DNA from: Prorocentrum cordatum
Taxonomy: Eukaryota
Assembly: GCA_963575745.1 (NCBI GenBank)
Contig: CAUYUJ010000167.1
Location: forward strand, 1 to 64,000
Direction of reading: 5' to 3'
Length of the DNA stretch: 64,000 nucleotides
Within the stretch, counting starts at the first letter, position 1, and each line of letters starts with the position of its first letter. Below the pieces are notes generated by a model that saw only the letters and a program-made list of their open reading frames with translations, made no database searches and was not told the origin of the DNA. Below, one piece after another: positions 50,341 through 64,000 of the stretch. Made by a program: the position numbers and the translations under genes.

Positions 50341-51876
50341 CGACCGCATTTCAGGAAGAACCTCCTGGGAATGTTGAGGGGCCCGGGGGTCCTGAACGCA
50401 GGTAGCCACGCTCCCCTTCTCGTAGCACCTCTGGCTCTGGCGGCCCTGCGCCGGGAGGCCCCTGAGGGCCCTCGTCTCCTCCAGGACTCCGTGGGGCTCT
50501 GGGTCTGTGTGGGGCACCACGGTGGTAAGACAGCTCGGGTTCCCATATGCTTGACGGTCTGTGCTGAGCTCCACACTTCCAAACTTCATCAAGCAAGCTG
50601 GGCGAGTACAGCACTGCAGTGAATCTATCTGGCAGCCACTGGTCGCTGCTGAGGGTGGAGCCGAGCAATCTGCTGATTGACTGCCGCCTTCCTTTGCGAC
50701 GCGAACGGGCAGAATGGGCATCGATGCAGGACAGGAACAGGTGCTGGCCGCAGAGAAAGATTTGGTGGCACACCGATGCGAGCAGCATGCTGAACAACTC
50801 CTGCGTCCTGTACCCTCACAACCCTGCGTCCTTCCAAAGCACCGTTTCTGGTACGTTGGCTTTGGGAACCCGTCAAACCCATGCAGATTTTTAGGCCGAC
50901 TGTGCGCGGCGCGAAAGCGAGAGCCACATTTTGAAAACGAACCGCCCTCAATAGGTGAAACTCATGCAGAGTTTTATGAAGAATATGTGCGGCGCTGAGG
51001 CGAGAGCCACATGTTGAAAACCAACCGCCCTCAATCCGTGAAGCCCTTGCAGAGTTTTGAAACGAATGTGCAACGAATGTGCTCCGCGCGAAGTCGGGAG
51101 CCACATTTTGAAAGCCACCGCCCTCAATCCGTGCAGCTCTTGCACATGGTTAGACGAGTGTGCGCGGCGATAAGGCGAAAGCCACATTTTGAAAGCGCCC
51201 CGCCCTCAATCCGTGAAGCTTGTGCGCGGCGCTAAGGTGAGAGACGCATTTTGGAAGCGAATCGCTCTCCATCTGTGGAGGTGTTGCCAATGGTTAAACT
51301 TCAGGGTGATACATGGTGAGGAGGTCTCAGGCTAGACGCCCGGCCTGCCCTTTTGACCGGCGTCGGGGTGCGACAGGGAGGAATTAGTTATCAGGAAAAG
51401 ATACCCAGGTGAAGGTGCAGTGGGAGGAGGAGGAAGAGGGAAAGAAGGGGGAGGAGGAGGAGGAGAAGGAGGAGGAGGAGGAAGAAGAAGAAGAAGAAGA
51501 AGAGTAGGAGGCGAAGGAGGAGGAGGAGGAGGAGGAGGAGGAGGAGGAGGAGGGGAGGAGGAGGGGGGAGGAGGAGAAGGAGGAGGGGAGGAGGAGGAGC
51601 AGGAAAGAGGAGGAGGGGGAGGAGGAGGAGGAGCAGGAGAAGGAGGAGGAGGAGGAGGAGGAGGAGGGGGAGGAGGAGGAGGAGGAAGAGGAGAGACGGT
51701 GGAGTAGGAGAGGAGGAGTAGGAGGAGGAGGAGGAGGAGGAGGAGGAGGAGAGGAGGAGGGAGGAGGAGGAGGAGGAGGAGGAGGAGTGGAAGATGAGGA
51801 AGGAGGAGGGGGGGGGGAGGAGGGGGGGAGGGCATGAGGAGGAGGAAGAGGAGGCTGGGGGGGAGTGGGCGCGCAG

Positions 51877-51927
51877 GAGCAGTGCGTGACGGACCTGTTG
51901 TGGAGCGACCCCTCGGACAGCGACGCG
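51877..51927 (+). CDS. PPKL: Exon of a PPP-family Ser/Thr phosphatase, PPKL/BSU1 type
   Basis: EQCVTDLLWSDPSDSDA; CAG acceptor and GC donor. Confidence 0.85.
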
Positions 51928-53209
51928 GCGAGCGCCCTCCTCCCCTGCTGGGGGGCGGCCCGGTCTGCCGCTTCGGGCCTTGAATTCGGCACACCCGCAA
52001 TGGGTATGGTATTGGGCCGACTCGTCATCGAAGGCTCAAATTGCTGTTTTCAGAGTGCGCCGATTTTTTCTTGCCTCCCAGATTGGGTCGGAGTATATGG
52101 GGTCGGAGGATCACGCCGCAGACGAATCGGCGAAGCGGGTCGATGTGGAGCGGCGGAGAGGATAATTAGGCGACCTTTCTGCGTGGGGAAGACGCCGTCG
52201 TCGTCGTCGTCGTCGTCGTCGTCCGAGGGTCGGAGGATCGGGCCGCATCGCCGATGCATCGGCGCTGCGCGCTGCGGCTCGGTGCGGGGGGCGATTTTTT
52301 CCACGCCGACGTCGCCGATGCATCGCCGATGTATCGCCGACGTCGCTAATATATCGGCGATGCATCGCTGATGCATCGCCGATGCGGGGCGATCCTCCTA
52401 CCCCACTCCCAGGCATGCGACGTCTTGATTTCTTCAAGTCTCTTCCCGGGGCCGCTTCGTCATCCCGAGTCGTTTTCTGACGGTCTCAGGGCCCAGCGAG
52501 GGCCCCCAGAGGCCGAAGGCCAAAATCCAGCCGTCCTGATTCTTTCACGATGCGGGCATGTCTGGCTCTACACATCCGGGAGGCCTCTCTCTTGTTTGCC
52601 ATCAGGGATGGATGCCTTTTAAAAGTGTGTGCAGTAGGTTCGCGTGGTATCGACCGGCGGCGACTCCGCCGCCAGCGTTCAATGTGGGACGCCGTTGGCG
52701 ACCCAGAATCGGTCGATGTCGAACGATTAGACGTTTCGGAAACGGCCGATCGGTCAGGCTTGAGCGATCCCCGCGGTGTCAGCAACCAGCGCCGAAGTCG
52801 GCACGACATGGACCTGCCGCACTGAAGAAATAGGCACGGTGCCCACCAGCAATTATTGTCTAGCACCGACAGCGGCTGCTGTTGGACACGCGAGCTTTTG
52901 TCTCAAACGGACAACGCCCGCGGTGAAACAGACAGCGGACCATGTTGAACATGTACAGGAACTGCTGTTGGTCTTCGTTCCCCTTTCTTTCCGTACCCAT
53001 TTCGATCTTACTGACAGACGTGCTCGCGTCGTGAAACAAGTCTCGACGGGATAATTGTTCCCGCTTTCTGCTTCCTAGGGCCCTCGCCGGGCCCCAGGAC
53101 CGTCAGAAAACGACCGGGGATGAACAACCGAGGACATGCATTGTGGATTAGGCGGTTTGTTGGTCCCTTTCTTCACTCTTCTTTACTTTTGTCTTCTCTC
53201 TGTCTTCTG

Positions 53210-53226
53210 TTCGTGTGTGTGTGTGT

Positions 53227-53284
<58 letters not shown>

Positions 53285-53326
53285 GGGGCGGTGCGTGTGT
53301 GTCTGTGTGTGTGTGTGTTTGTGTGT
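53210..53326. repeat. (GT)n microsatellite
   Basis: Dinucleotide run. Confidence 0.95.
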
Positions 53327-54283
53327 GGGATTTGTCCTTTCGCCCTTCCCCCCTAACAAAAACGGGGGGGGAGAAAACATCCCGCCCATACACAAACACG
53401 CACACACCACCACCTCCTCTCTCTTCTCGTCCCCACTCCTGGGGATTCTCTTCCCCCCAGTCAGTCGCCCCCTCCAAAAAACGAGGCGGACGATCAGATG
53501 TTTTCCCCACCATCCTGTGGTGTTGGGTCCTCGTCTTGAAGAGACAGTGCCCAACGTTCCTCCTCTACTCCTCCTCTCCCTCCTCCCTTCTTCTTCTTCT
53601 TCTTCTTCTTCTTCTTCGTCATCATAGTCATACTCATCATCGGCAGCAGCATCATCCCCATCATCACATCATCATCAGCAGCAGCATCATCATCATCATC
53701 ATCACTACCACCATCACCATCATCATCACCATCATCATCATCATCACCGCCATCTTCATCATCACCATCACCACCAGCACCACCATCGACACGATCATCA
53801 TCTTGCTCACCATCATCATCATACTACGCACGATCATCACCAGCATCATCAGCATCATAATTATCAGCATCACCATCATCATCAGCATTATCATCACCAT
53901 CATCATCACCACCATCATCATCATCAGCATCATCATCATCGCCATCACTGTCATCATAATCATCATCATCACCATCATAATCATCATCACCATCATCATC
54001 ACCACCATCATCGCCATCACCATCACCATCACCATCATAATCATAAGCATCGTCATCGTCCTCATCATCAGCAACATCATCTTCACCATCATCATCATAC
54101 TCATAATCATCATGAGCAGCAGCATCATCATCACCAGCACCCTTATCATCATCACCATCACCGTCATCAGCATCGTCATCGTCATCATCACCATAATCAT
54201 AATCATATTCATCATTATCATGTGCAGCATCATCACCGCCATCATCCTCCTCTTCCTCCTCTCCTTCCTCCTCCTCCTCCTCG

Positions 54284-54320
<37 letters not shown>

Positions 54321-54331
54321 TATCATCATCG

Positions 54332-54389
<58 letters not shown>

Positions 54390-54419
54390 TCCCCTCGCCC
54401 TCACACTTTGTGTGTAACC

Positions 54420-54790
54420 ATAGGAGGTCCACCGAAGGCCCCAGTGGCAGGGTTCGCATGGCGGCACCGCCCCATTTCGGCACCCTCTCACGATTCGTGG
54501 CCAGCCACAGAGGGAGCTCCATCGAAGGCCCCAGTGGCAGGTTCGCCGGTTCGCGTGGCGGCCCCGCCCCATTCTGACACATCTTTCACGCGTATCGTGG
54601 CCCCATAGGAGCTCCACCGAAGGCCCCTGTGGCAGGGTTCGCATGGCGGCCCCGCCCCATTTCGGCATATCCCTCACACGTGTCGCGGCCCCAAAGGGAG
54701 CTCCACCGAAGGCCCCCTTTCGCATGCGCCCGCCGCGCCCATTCCGGCACACCCGTTGTGCGCTTCGTGGCCTCTATAGGTGGCTCCACC
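54420..54790. repeat. Degenerate ~90-bp tandem repeat; same family at ~61230-61835
   Basis: GGAGCTCCACCGAAGGCCCC..TGGCAGG recurs. Confidence 0.8.
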
Positions 54791-56694
54791 TAAGACGATA
54801 TTCACAACTGCGTTACTCACAACTGCAGATGGTTGTGTCCTTCGCCAGGCTAATTTGTTTTTTTTTTCGGGGGGCGAAACATCCCGCCCACACACACACA
54901 CGCACACACCACCACCTCCTCTCTCTCCTCCCCACTCCCTCTACCACCTCACCCTCCCTCTACCACCCCCCCCTCCTCGTCCTCCTCCCTCCTCCAACCT
55001 CTTCGCTCTGCCACCCCCCTTCCCCTCTCTACTCCAGGGTGCTCACATTGTTACCACATGGATCCTTTCTGAGGGGATTGTTCCTAACGACATCCTCATT
55101 AAGGATTCCTCACTCAATCGGTTCTTACTCAGGATTCCTTGCTAAAGGCATCCTTACTGAATAATGCTTCCCCAAAACATTCTCGCTAAGGACTCCTCAC
55201 AAAAATGTGTCCCTCCGTAGGTCCCCTTGATTCAGGCATCCTTACGAATGAGTCTTTACCAAGGGCAGCGCACTCAACGGAATACTTACTAAGGGCCTCT
55301 TGCTACAAGCATCCGTACCAAAGATCTCTAGCAATGGCCCCAGTGGAGGCCTTCGCATGGCGTCCCATATGGGTTTCGTTGGCTGGGCCCTGCGTGAATG
55401 TGAAGGGGGGAGGGGGAGGGCGAAGAGAGAGAGAGAGAGAGAAAGAGAGAGCAATCATTTTCTCCTGTCACTTCCCCCCTATGCGTTCTGGGTTGTGTGA
55501 GAGAGCAACCTGACCACCCTCACATTTCTTCCTGGCTAAGGGCTCCTTACGAAAGGATTCCTTCCTCCGGATTCCTTACCGGAGGCGTCCTGCATAAGGA
55601 GCCCGTACTAAAGTAAGTGACACGAATTCCTTATTACATTTTCATTTGCCGTGGGGATTTTTATTGCAGGCATCCTCGCTGAAGGAGGCATTACTAACAA
55701 CACATTGAACACACGCAGCACTACGTAGCCTTTACTAAAGGCATCCTTACTCAAATAATCCCTTCTAAAGCAACCAACTATAGCGACCGCTAACCATAGA
55801 GGTCCTTACTGGGGGGATCAGTACTACAGGCACCCTCACTAAGGATCCCTCGCTAAAGAGATCCTCTGCTAGGGCTTCGTGGTAAAGGCTCCCGTTCAAA
55901 CGAATGCGTCGTGCATGCGTCCACACGATGGGCTTCCAGACGAAATATATCTGTACAGAGGACCCGTCGGTTAAGCAAAGACAGCATTATTGCGCGCATT
56001 GAGCTGAAGGCACCCGTATTGAGGATTTTTTTCTGCTAAGATGGGTCAGCAGTAAGGAACCGTTGCCACAAGGACCTTTACTGGGGGAATCTTCACAAAA
56101 GGCATCCACACGAAGGGCGCCACACTGCACGCATCCTTACTGCGGGCCCCACTACTGCAGGTAGCCTTTCTAAGTCACCTGTGTCAGCGGACGCACAAGC
56201 AAGCACGAGCAATGAATCCTCATTGCAGGGATCCTTTCTGAGGGGATCCTTGCAAGAGACGCCCCCACTAAGGATTCCTCACTACAGTCACTACAGGGGT
56301 CTGTACAGAGGGCCCCTTGCTGAAGGCATCTTTACCGACAAGTGATTACCAACGGCACCCGCATTCAGGACCCCTCGCTAAAGAGAACCTCATTCAGGGT
56401 CCCTTGATTCAGACAGCCTTACACATCCATATGTACTACAGAAATCCTTCCACAGGAGCCCTTACTCAAAGGCATGGTCCCTACGGGCCCTTGTTGCAGG
56501 CATCCGTATTGAGGCGTTCTGGCAACGTTCGCATGGCGTCCCATCGGGGGTTCATTGGTTGGGCTTTGCTTGATTGTGAAAAGGGAAGACGGGAGCGAGA
56601 GAGAGATAGAGAGAGAGAGAGAGAAAGAAATAACGAGAAAGAGAGAGAGAGATAGAGAGAGAGAGAGAAAGCGAGCGAGCGAGCGAGCGAGGGG

Positions 56695-56753
<59 letters not shown>

Positions 56754-58339
56754 CGAGAGAGAGGGATAAAGAAAGAAACCGCACATTTCCTCCTGTCACG
56801 CCCCTCTCTGTGTTGTGGGATATGAAAGGGAAACGCCAGGCCTCCCAACCATTTCTTCCTGCCGAAGAGCTCCTCACCAAGGGATTCCGAATCCTCATTC
56901 AAGGAATTGGTCGTATGGAATCCATGCTAGAGATACCCTAACTGAGGGGGTCCTCTGTGAGGCGAATGCAACGTGAACGAGAGAGAGAGAGAGAGAGAGG
57001 GAGGGAGAGAACAGAGAGAGAGAGAGATACATAAAGAACAAGAGAGAGAGAGAGAGAGAGAGCAAGAGAGCGAGAGCCTCCCCCCCCGAGCATGGTCCTC
57101 GAAAGTCCAATCCCACGCCTCTCGGCGATGGGCTGGAACTCCAAGGACCATGCTCGGGGGATGATATGTTTCCTGTCCATGGGCTGTCCTCCAAGTTACC
57201 TTCAGACTGTCGAGGTACCCTCCTGCAAGGTACCCTCATCTGTGTCACGATGCTGGAGGAAGAGGAAGAAGGAGGAGGAGGAAAACGCTGAGGATGAGTA
57301 TGAGGCGTGAGACCGCCCCAGCGGCTGGCGTCGTGTGGCAGAACGCATACTCCACAATGGCCTGGCCTCGAAGAACCAGCCGCAGCGACAGGGGCAGGAT
57401 TTCCGGGTTCTGTGTATTGAGAAACATCTGGACATCAGATATCCGGGCACCCCGTCCTCCGTTGCAGGCAGGTGCGGGGTCCGAGATTGGGCTGGGAGGA
57501 TAGGCACAGATGCCGCTGCCCTTGCCTCGTTTTCGCGCTTGTTTGGGCTGGATTCGCCCCACAATGTTCGTCCGAACGCACCCCAGGAGAGGTCCGGGGA
57601 GTAGCAGTATCTGTATTTTTGCGCCCCCGCATAGTGGGGATGGACAACCTTGCCAAGGGTACCCTTGCATCCTTGCCTCCTCGGCCCATCCTTGGCGACT
57701 TTCGCTGGTCGCGCCCCGCTCGCAGAGTGTCGACATGGCCTTCCAAGGCCCTTGCATCCTTATCGCGCATCCTTATGATACGGGTTGACTGTGTTGGTAC
57801 TTTTGCCCCCCCAGCCCAAAAAGTGCACGTGGTGGATTCGTGTCGTGTCGACGCGGCGGCGACCCGTGTAGGAGAGCCTCGGAGGGGCGGGCCCCAAATC
57901 CCACGTGCTAGATGCTCGTTTGGGGGACCTTTCTGGGGACCGCATAAGGATCTGTTGGACTGAAGTTGGACTCTAGTTCGACTCCAGCTCGACTCAAGGT
58001 CGACCCAAGTTCGACTCAAGGCCGACTCAAGTTCGACTCCAGCTCGACTGCCGCTAGACTCCAGTCCACGGACGTTCGACGTAGCATCGACGCATGAGTG
58101 GAGCGAGTGGATGAGTGGAGCAGGTGGCTCCAGGAAGGTCCCCCGAACGAGCATCCAGCATGTGCTGCCCACCGTCGCCGCTGGGAGCGTCGGTATCGGT
58201 GCCTTGTTGTCCCTTTAGGGGGGTGGCCGCGATTGGGCCGGCTAGGGGGTCGAGGCGGGGGGGTCGGCTGTTGTGCGTGGGAGGGCCGGGGGAGGGCGCG
58301 AGGAAGCGGAGGGTGAGAGGGAGAGGGAGGGGGATGGGG

Positions 58340-58431
58340 GGAATGAGGATGTTGAGGATGAGGATGAGGATGATGATGATGATGATGATGCTGATGATGA
58401 TACCGCTGATGATGATACCGATGATGATGAC

Positions 58432-58477
<46 letters not shown>

Positions 58478-58802
58478 GTGGTGGTGATGTGATGATGGTG
58501 GTGATGCTGGTGCTGGTGCTGGTGCTGGTGCTGATGATGATACTGTTGATGCTGATGCTGCTGATGATGATGATGATGGTGGTGATGCTGATGCTGATGA
58601 TGATGCTGTTGCTGATGATGATGAGGATGCTGATGATGATGCTGCTGATGATGATGACGATGCTTGTGCCGATGATGATGATGCTTATGATGCTGCTGCT
58701 GATGATGATGTACGTGATGCTGATGATGATGCATCGTGATGATGATGCTGATGCTGCTACTGATGATGATGATGATGATGATGCTGATGATGATGATGAT
58801 AC

Positions 58803-58840
<38 letters not shown>

Positions 58841-59070
58841 TTGATGCTGATGCTGATGATCATGATGATGCTGAGTATGATGATGATGCTGCTGATGATG
58901 ATGATGCTGCTGCTGATGATGATGATGATGATGATGCTGATGCGGATGCTGATGCTTCTTAATATGATGCCGATGATGATGATGATGCTGATGATGATGC
59001 TGATGCTGCTGATGCTGATGACGCTCATGGTGCTCATGATGCTGATACTGATGATGATGCGGCTGCTGGA

Positions 59071-59119
<49 letters not shown>

Positions 59120-59372
59120 CTGATGCTGATGAATGATGATGACTATGCTGATGATGATTATGCTGATGATTATGATGATGATAATGAGGCTGATGGCAAT
59201 GATGACGATGATGCTGATGATGATGATGATGATGATGCTGATGATGATGCTGATGATGATGATGATGCTGATGACAATGATGATGTTGCTGACGATGCAG
59301 ATGATAATGCTGCTGATGATGCTGCTGATGATGCTGCTGCTGCGATGATGATGATGCTGATGATGCTGATGC

Positions 59373-59404
<32 letters not shown>

Positions 59405-59419
59405 CTGATGATGACGATG

Positions 59420-59513
<94 letters not shown>

Positions 59514-59724
59514 GGATGATGATGATGCTGCTGCTGATGATGATGATTATGCTGATGATGCTGATGATGATGATGATGATGATGCTGCTGATGATGATGA
59601 TGATGATGCTGATGCTGCTGCTGCTGATGATGATGATGGTGATGGTGATGATGGTGATGGTGATGGTGAAGATGATGATGATGATGATGATGATGGATGG
59701 TGATGGTGATGGTGATGGTGATGA

Positions 59725-59763
<39 letters not shown>

Positions 59764-59901
59764 GTGATGGTGATGGTGATGGTGATGGTGATGGTGATGG
59801 TGATGATGCTGATGATGATGATGGTGATGGTGATGGTGATGATGATGAGGATGATGAAGATGATGATGATGAGGATGATGATGAAGACGATGATTATGAT
59901 A

Positions 59902-59985
<84 letters not shown>

Positions 59986-60095
59986 TTGATGATGATGATG
60001 ATGAGGATGAGGATGAGGATGAGGATGAGGATGAGGATGAGGATGAGGAGGATGAGGAGGAGGAGGAGGAGGAGGAGGAGGAGGAGGAGGAGGAG
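58340..60095. repeat. Large degenerate (GAT)n/(GAG)n tract; similar tracts at ~20.5-23.2, 42.0-42.5, 44.6-45.1, 46.0-47.7 and 53.6-54.4 kb
   Basis: Triplet low-complexity sequence. Confidence 0.95.
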
Positions 60096-60491
60096 GGGTC
60101 TGGAGGGAGGAGGGATGATGGGGAGAGTGAAAGGAGGGGAAGGGGAGAGCAGGTCGGAGGGATGGGGGGGGGGGGGGCGGCGATGAGGGGAGGAGGAAGC
60201 ACTCGGTGCCTGGGTGGCGGAGCAGGATGACTGGGGGAATGATGAGGATGCGGAGGGCGAGGGACAAGGAGGAGGAGGAGGAGGAGGGATGGGGAGGAGG
60301 GAGGGAGGAGAAGGAGGGAAGAGGAGGAGGAGGAGGAGTAGGAGGAGGAGGAGGTGGAGGAGGAGGAGGAGGAGGAGGAGGAGGAGGGGTAAGGAGGAGG
60401 AGGGGTGAGGAGGAGGGGAAGTGGGGATGGGAGGAGGATGAGGATCACCCAAAGCCGAGCCAGGCACGCCCAGAAACCGGGCGGCCGCCAG

Positions 60492-60545
60492 GTCCAGGGC
60501 GTCACCAACAACGAGACCCGCGACCCGGACGGCACGGGCCGCATC
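60492..60545 (+). CDS. PPKL: Exon of the PPKL/BSU1-type phosphatase
   Basis: VQGVTNNETRDPDGTGRI; CAG acceptor and GT donor; in frame with the flanking exons. Confidence 0.85.
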
Positions 60546-62228
60546 GTGCCTCCGCCCGAGGGCCGGTTTGGCGAGCGCTCTTTCTTTTCCCTTGATCGGG
60601 CCGCTGCAGTTTTTCGCTGCAGTCAACCCGCATGTAAGGATGAGTTCCCCTTCGGCCCATTCCTGGCCGCTTTCGCTGAGCGCGCCCCGCTCGCAGAGTG
60701 TCGACATGGCCTTCCAAGGCTCTTGCATCCTTATCGTGCGTCCTGATCATGCGGCTTGACTGTACCAGTCGATTTCGCCCCGCCTCGGGCCTCGAGACCA
60801 TTACAGATCGACCCGGGTCTGAACATGGCGCAAAAAAGGTACCTTTTGGCGATGTTGCATTTTTTCACTGTTGAATGGCATGTTGGGTCCTCGTTTGGAA
60901 TCAGCGGCGCTGGGCGGCTGCCCTCCCGCCTCGCCCTCCTCCCCCAGTGGTTGCGCCCGCATGCCGCCGCCGCCCCACTTTGGCGCCCCCCTCGCACGCG
61001 TCGTGGCCCCACATGGAGCTGTCTGGAGCCTCACCCAGGCCCCAGGGGTTCGGGCGACGAAATCTATACATATCCACTGCTCCCTGACCATGTCCATCTT
61101 GAACCCAGGAGCTGTGTATGCGCCCTCCTGGCCAAGCCAGGAGGGCGTGGCGTATACACCGCTGCGGGGTTGAGGATGGGCCTGGCCTTGGAGCAGTGGA
61201 TATGTATAGGTTTCGTCGCCCCAGGGGTTGCGCCCGCATGTCGCCACCGCCCCACTTTGTCATGCCCCTCAGACGTTCCGTGGCCCACAGGGAGTTCCAC
61301 CTAAGACCCCAGTGGCTGTGCCCGCAGGCCCTCCCCACCATACTTCAGCATACCCTCACACGTTACGTGGCCCCACAGGGAGTTCCACCTAAGACCCCAG
61401 TGGTTGCGCCCGCATGTCTTCTCGAGACCGCTTCGGCGCACCACTCACACGTGTCATGGACCCACAGGGAGCTCCACCGAAGGTCCCATTGGCAGGAATT
61501 GCATGCGTGACCGCGCCCATGCCGGCAAACTCCTCACACATGGCCCCCTTAGGGAGCTCCACCTAATGCCCCATTGGCAGGAATCGCATGCGTGACCGTG
61601 CCCATTTCGGCACTCCCCTCGCATCTTTCGTTGCCCCACAGGGAGCTCCACCGAAGGCCCCATTGGCAGGAATTGCATGCGTGACCGTGCCCATTTCGGC
61701 ACTCCCCTCGCACGTTTCGCAGCCCCCTGGGGAGCTCCACCGAAGGCCCCATCGGCAGGAGTCGCATGCGTGACCGCGCCCATTTTTGCACACCCCTCGC
61801 ACGTTTCGTGGCCCTTTAGGAGCTCCACCAAACAGGCCCCGCCGCTTGCTGCTCCCCAGACCGTGCCCTGCTGCTCCCCAGGGCCGTGACGGGTTGCACC
61901 CAGGAGGAGGAGGAGGAGGAGGAGGAGGAAGAGGAGGAAGAGGAGGAGGAGGGGGAGAAGGAGGAGGAGGAGGAGGAAAAGGAGGAAAAGGAGGAGGAGG
62001 AGGAGGAGGAGGAGGAGCAATAGGAGGAGGAGGAGGAGGAGGAGGAGGAGGAGGAGGAGGAGGAGGAGGAGAGGAGGCGGAGGAGGAGCTGTAGGAGGTG
62101 GAGGAGGAGGAGGAGGAGGAGGAGGAGAGGCGCGCGCGCTGGCCCGCGCGGCGCTCTCGCGCAGACCCGTGGCGCCGAGCGAGGGAGCGCCAGACGGCAC
62201 CGCGCGCGCGCTTCCGGGCCCGGCGGAG

Positions 62229-62269
62229 TTCAAGTTCGGTCCGGACCGCGTCGACGAGTTCCTGAAGAG
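62229..62269 (+). CDS. PPKL: Exon of the PPKL/BSU1-type phosphatase
   Basis: FKFGPDRVDEFLK; AG acceptor and probable GA donor. Confidence 0.82.
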
Positions 62270-62322
62270 GACCTCGGCTGTCGCGCGCGGTGGGGGGGGG
62301 TGTTGGCAGCGAAAACGGAAGG

Positions 62323-62630
62323 TGATGGGCCTGTTTTCCACCACCACCACCACCATAAGTTGGAGGGGGGAATGGGCAGGAGGAGGAGGAGGAGGAGGAG
62401 GAGGAGGAGGAGGAGGACGAAGAGGAGAATGATGATGATGATGATGATGTTGATGATGATGATGATGATGATGATGAGATGATGTTGATGATGATGATGA
62501 TGATGAGGAGGAGGAGGAGGAGGAGGAGGAGGAGGAGGAGGAGGAGGAGGAGGAGGAGGAGGAGGAGGAGGACCTCCCCCCTCCCAACTTATGGTAGTGG
62601 TGGTGGTGGTGGTGGAAAACAGGCCCATCA
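62323..62630. mobile_element. 308-bp non-autonomous TIR element with TG...CA termini and a 5-bp TSD (GAAGG)
   Basis: TGATGGGCCTGTTTTCCACCACC...ATAAGTTGG occurs inverted at the right end; GAAGG at 62318-62322 and 62631-62635. Confidence 0.8.
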
Positions 62631-64000
62631 GAAGGCGGGATGATAGGGGAGGGGAGGGGAGGGGAGGGGAGGGGAGTAGAGGAGTGAGAGTCGGGTTCAG
62701 TTGGGCATGTCCCTCCACAGGAGAATTGTTCGAAAAGAGTCAAACAAGTACTATGGGAAGGATTTTTTGACTGCTGTTGACTACTTTGGAGTATGCTTCG
62801 ACTATTTTTTTGTTTTTTCGTGCAAGATCCGCCTGTAGGAGGGCATGCCCGACCTAGTGGTCGGGGAGTGGAGGGGAGTGGAGGAGTGAGAGTCGGGGGT
62901 CATGTCGGAGTGTGCCCGATATACCAGGCGCGTCTGCGCCTCGGTCGGTTTTTGCGGCCGAGTCGCGGTCGGCTGCGCTCGGTTGGTTCGGTTTGTCAGG
63001 GTTGGTTGTTGCACCGATGATGCACCGCTGTGCCCTTTTGGGCTGCTTGCAGCCTGTCGGACTCGGTCGCTTTCGGTTTCGCTAATGTTTCGGCAGATTT
63101 TTCGGTTGTTCTGTCACCGTAGCCGGCTGAGGAGGAGGAGGAGGAGGAGTAGGAGGAGGAGGAGGAAGATGAGGAGGGGGTAGGGGAGGCGAAGAAGGAG
63201 GAGAAGGAGGGGGGAGAGTCGGGCGCGAGGGGTGAGGGTCGGGGGCGTCCAGGAGGGGGCGGGGAGGACTAGGGGTCTGTGGACATCATGGCCAGGGCCA
63301 TGGTGTCATCCAGATCTCAAAGCTCCCTTTCCTTCTTCTTCTTCTTCTTCTTCTTCTTCTTCTTCGGATCATTGCTTTTCTTCTTCCCCGGCTCCTGTGC
63401 TCGACTTGGTCGATTCATTGATCTTGGCATCGTTCGGATGTGTGCATTTTTTCTCGGCGAGGTCCGTCGAGGAGCATTTTGAGTCATCCAGCTAAGAAAT
63501 GCACGCAAGAAGCCAGAACATGCACGGGGAATGGACGTCCGAGCGATGGCGACTGATGCGTTCAGGAGCCTGCGCTCCACAGCGATCGACTCGGCAAGGC
63601 AGCTTACAACAGGGGGTCACTCCCCGCCACGGAGGAGCTTCGATTCGATCGGCTCGATATGGAAGCCACTCGATCCATCGATCCATCGACTCGACCCAAC
63701 GGTTTCGATCGATCGATCCCATCGATTCGTATCGACTCGCGGGGTGCCCTGGACGGGCATCCGGGTGCCCGTCTGGTGGTCCCCAGAGGTTCCGGCAGGC
63801 CTCTGGGGGCCCCCCGGTGGCCTCCAGAGCCTCCCCCGATCGCCGCAGCGGTTCAAACCTGCATCCCCGCGCACCTCGGGGCCGACGACGGCGGCGGTGG
63901 CGGTGGCGGCGGCGGTGGCGGCGGCGGCGACGGCGGTGGTGGCGGCGACGACATTTGCGACCACGACGTCCACGACGTCCACGGAGACCACGGCGACGAG

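Noticed and set aside
49611..50582. Gly/Pro-rich ORFs
   Set aside because: They derive from the 11-bp CCGGGCCGGGT satellite.

Overview
GC-rich eukaryotic genomic DNA with micro-exons, GT/GC/GA splice donors and very large (GAT)n/(GAG)n tracts. This looks like a dinoflagellate of Prorocentrum type (inference). The window reads as a stack of nested mobile elements that probably sits inside an intron of a host gene. (1) A decayed non-LTR retrotransposon (~3.2-8.9 kb, +) carries an OTU-like cysteine protease, a C2H2 finger, an APE endonuclease and an RT that is cut off at a CACTG terminus. (2) A CACTA/EnSpm-like element starts at 8942 and carries a transposase, about five co-oriented accessory genes and an array of five 30-bp palindromes. 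(3) A complete 27.6-kb DNA transposon (20294-47937) has perfect 38-bp TIRs, subterminal repeats, a second divergent CACTA-like transposase and two long spliced accessory genes. (4) Three micro-exons of a PPKL/BSU1-type Ser/Thr phosphatase lie on the + strand (51877, 60492, 62229). Several MITE- or introner-like hairpins, tandem repeats and interspersed repeats are also present. All family assignments come from motif recognition by eye; no database searches were run.
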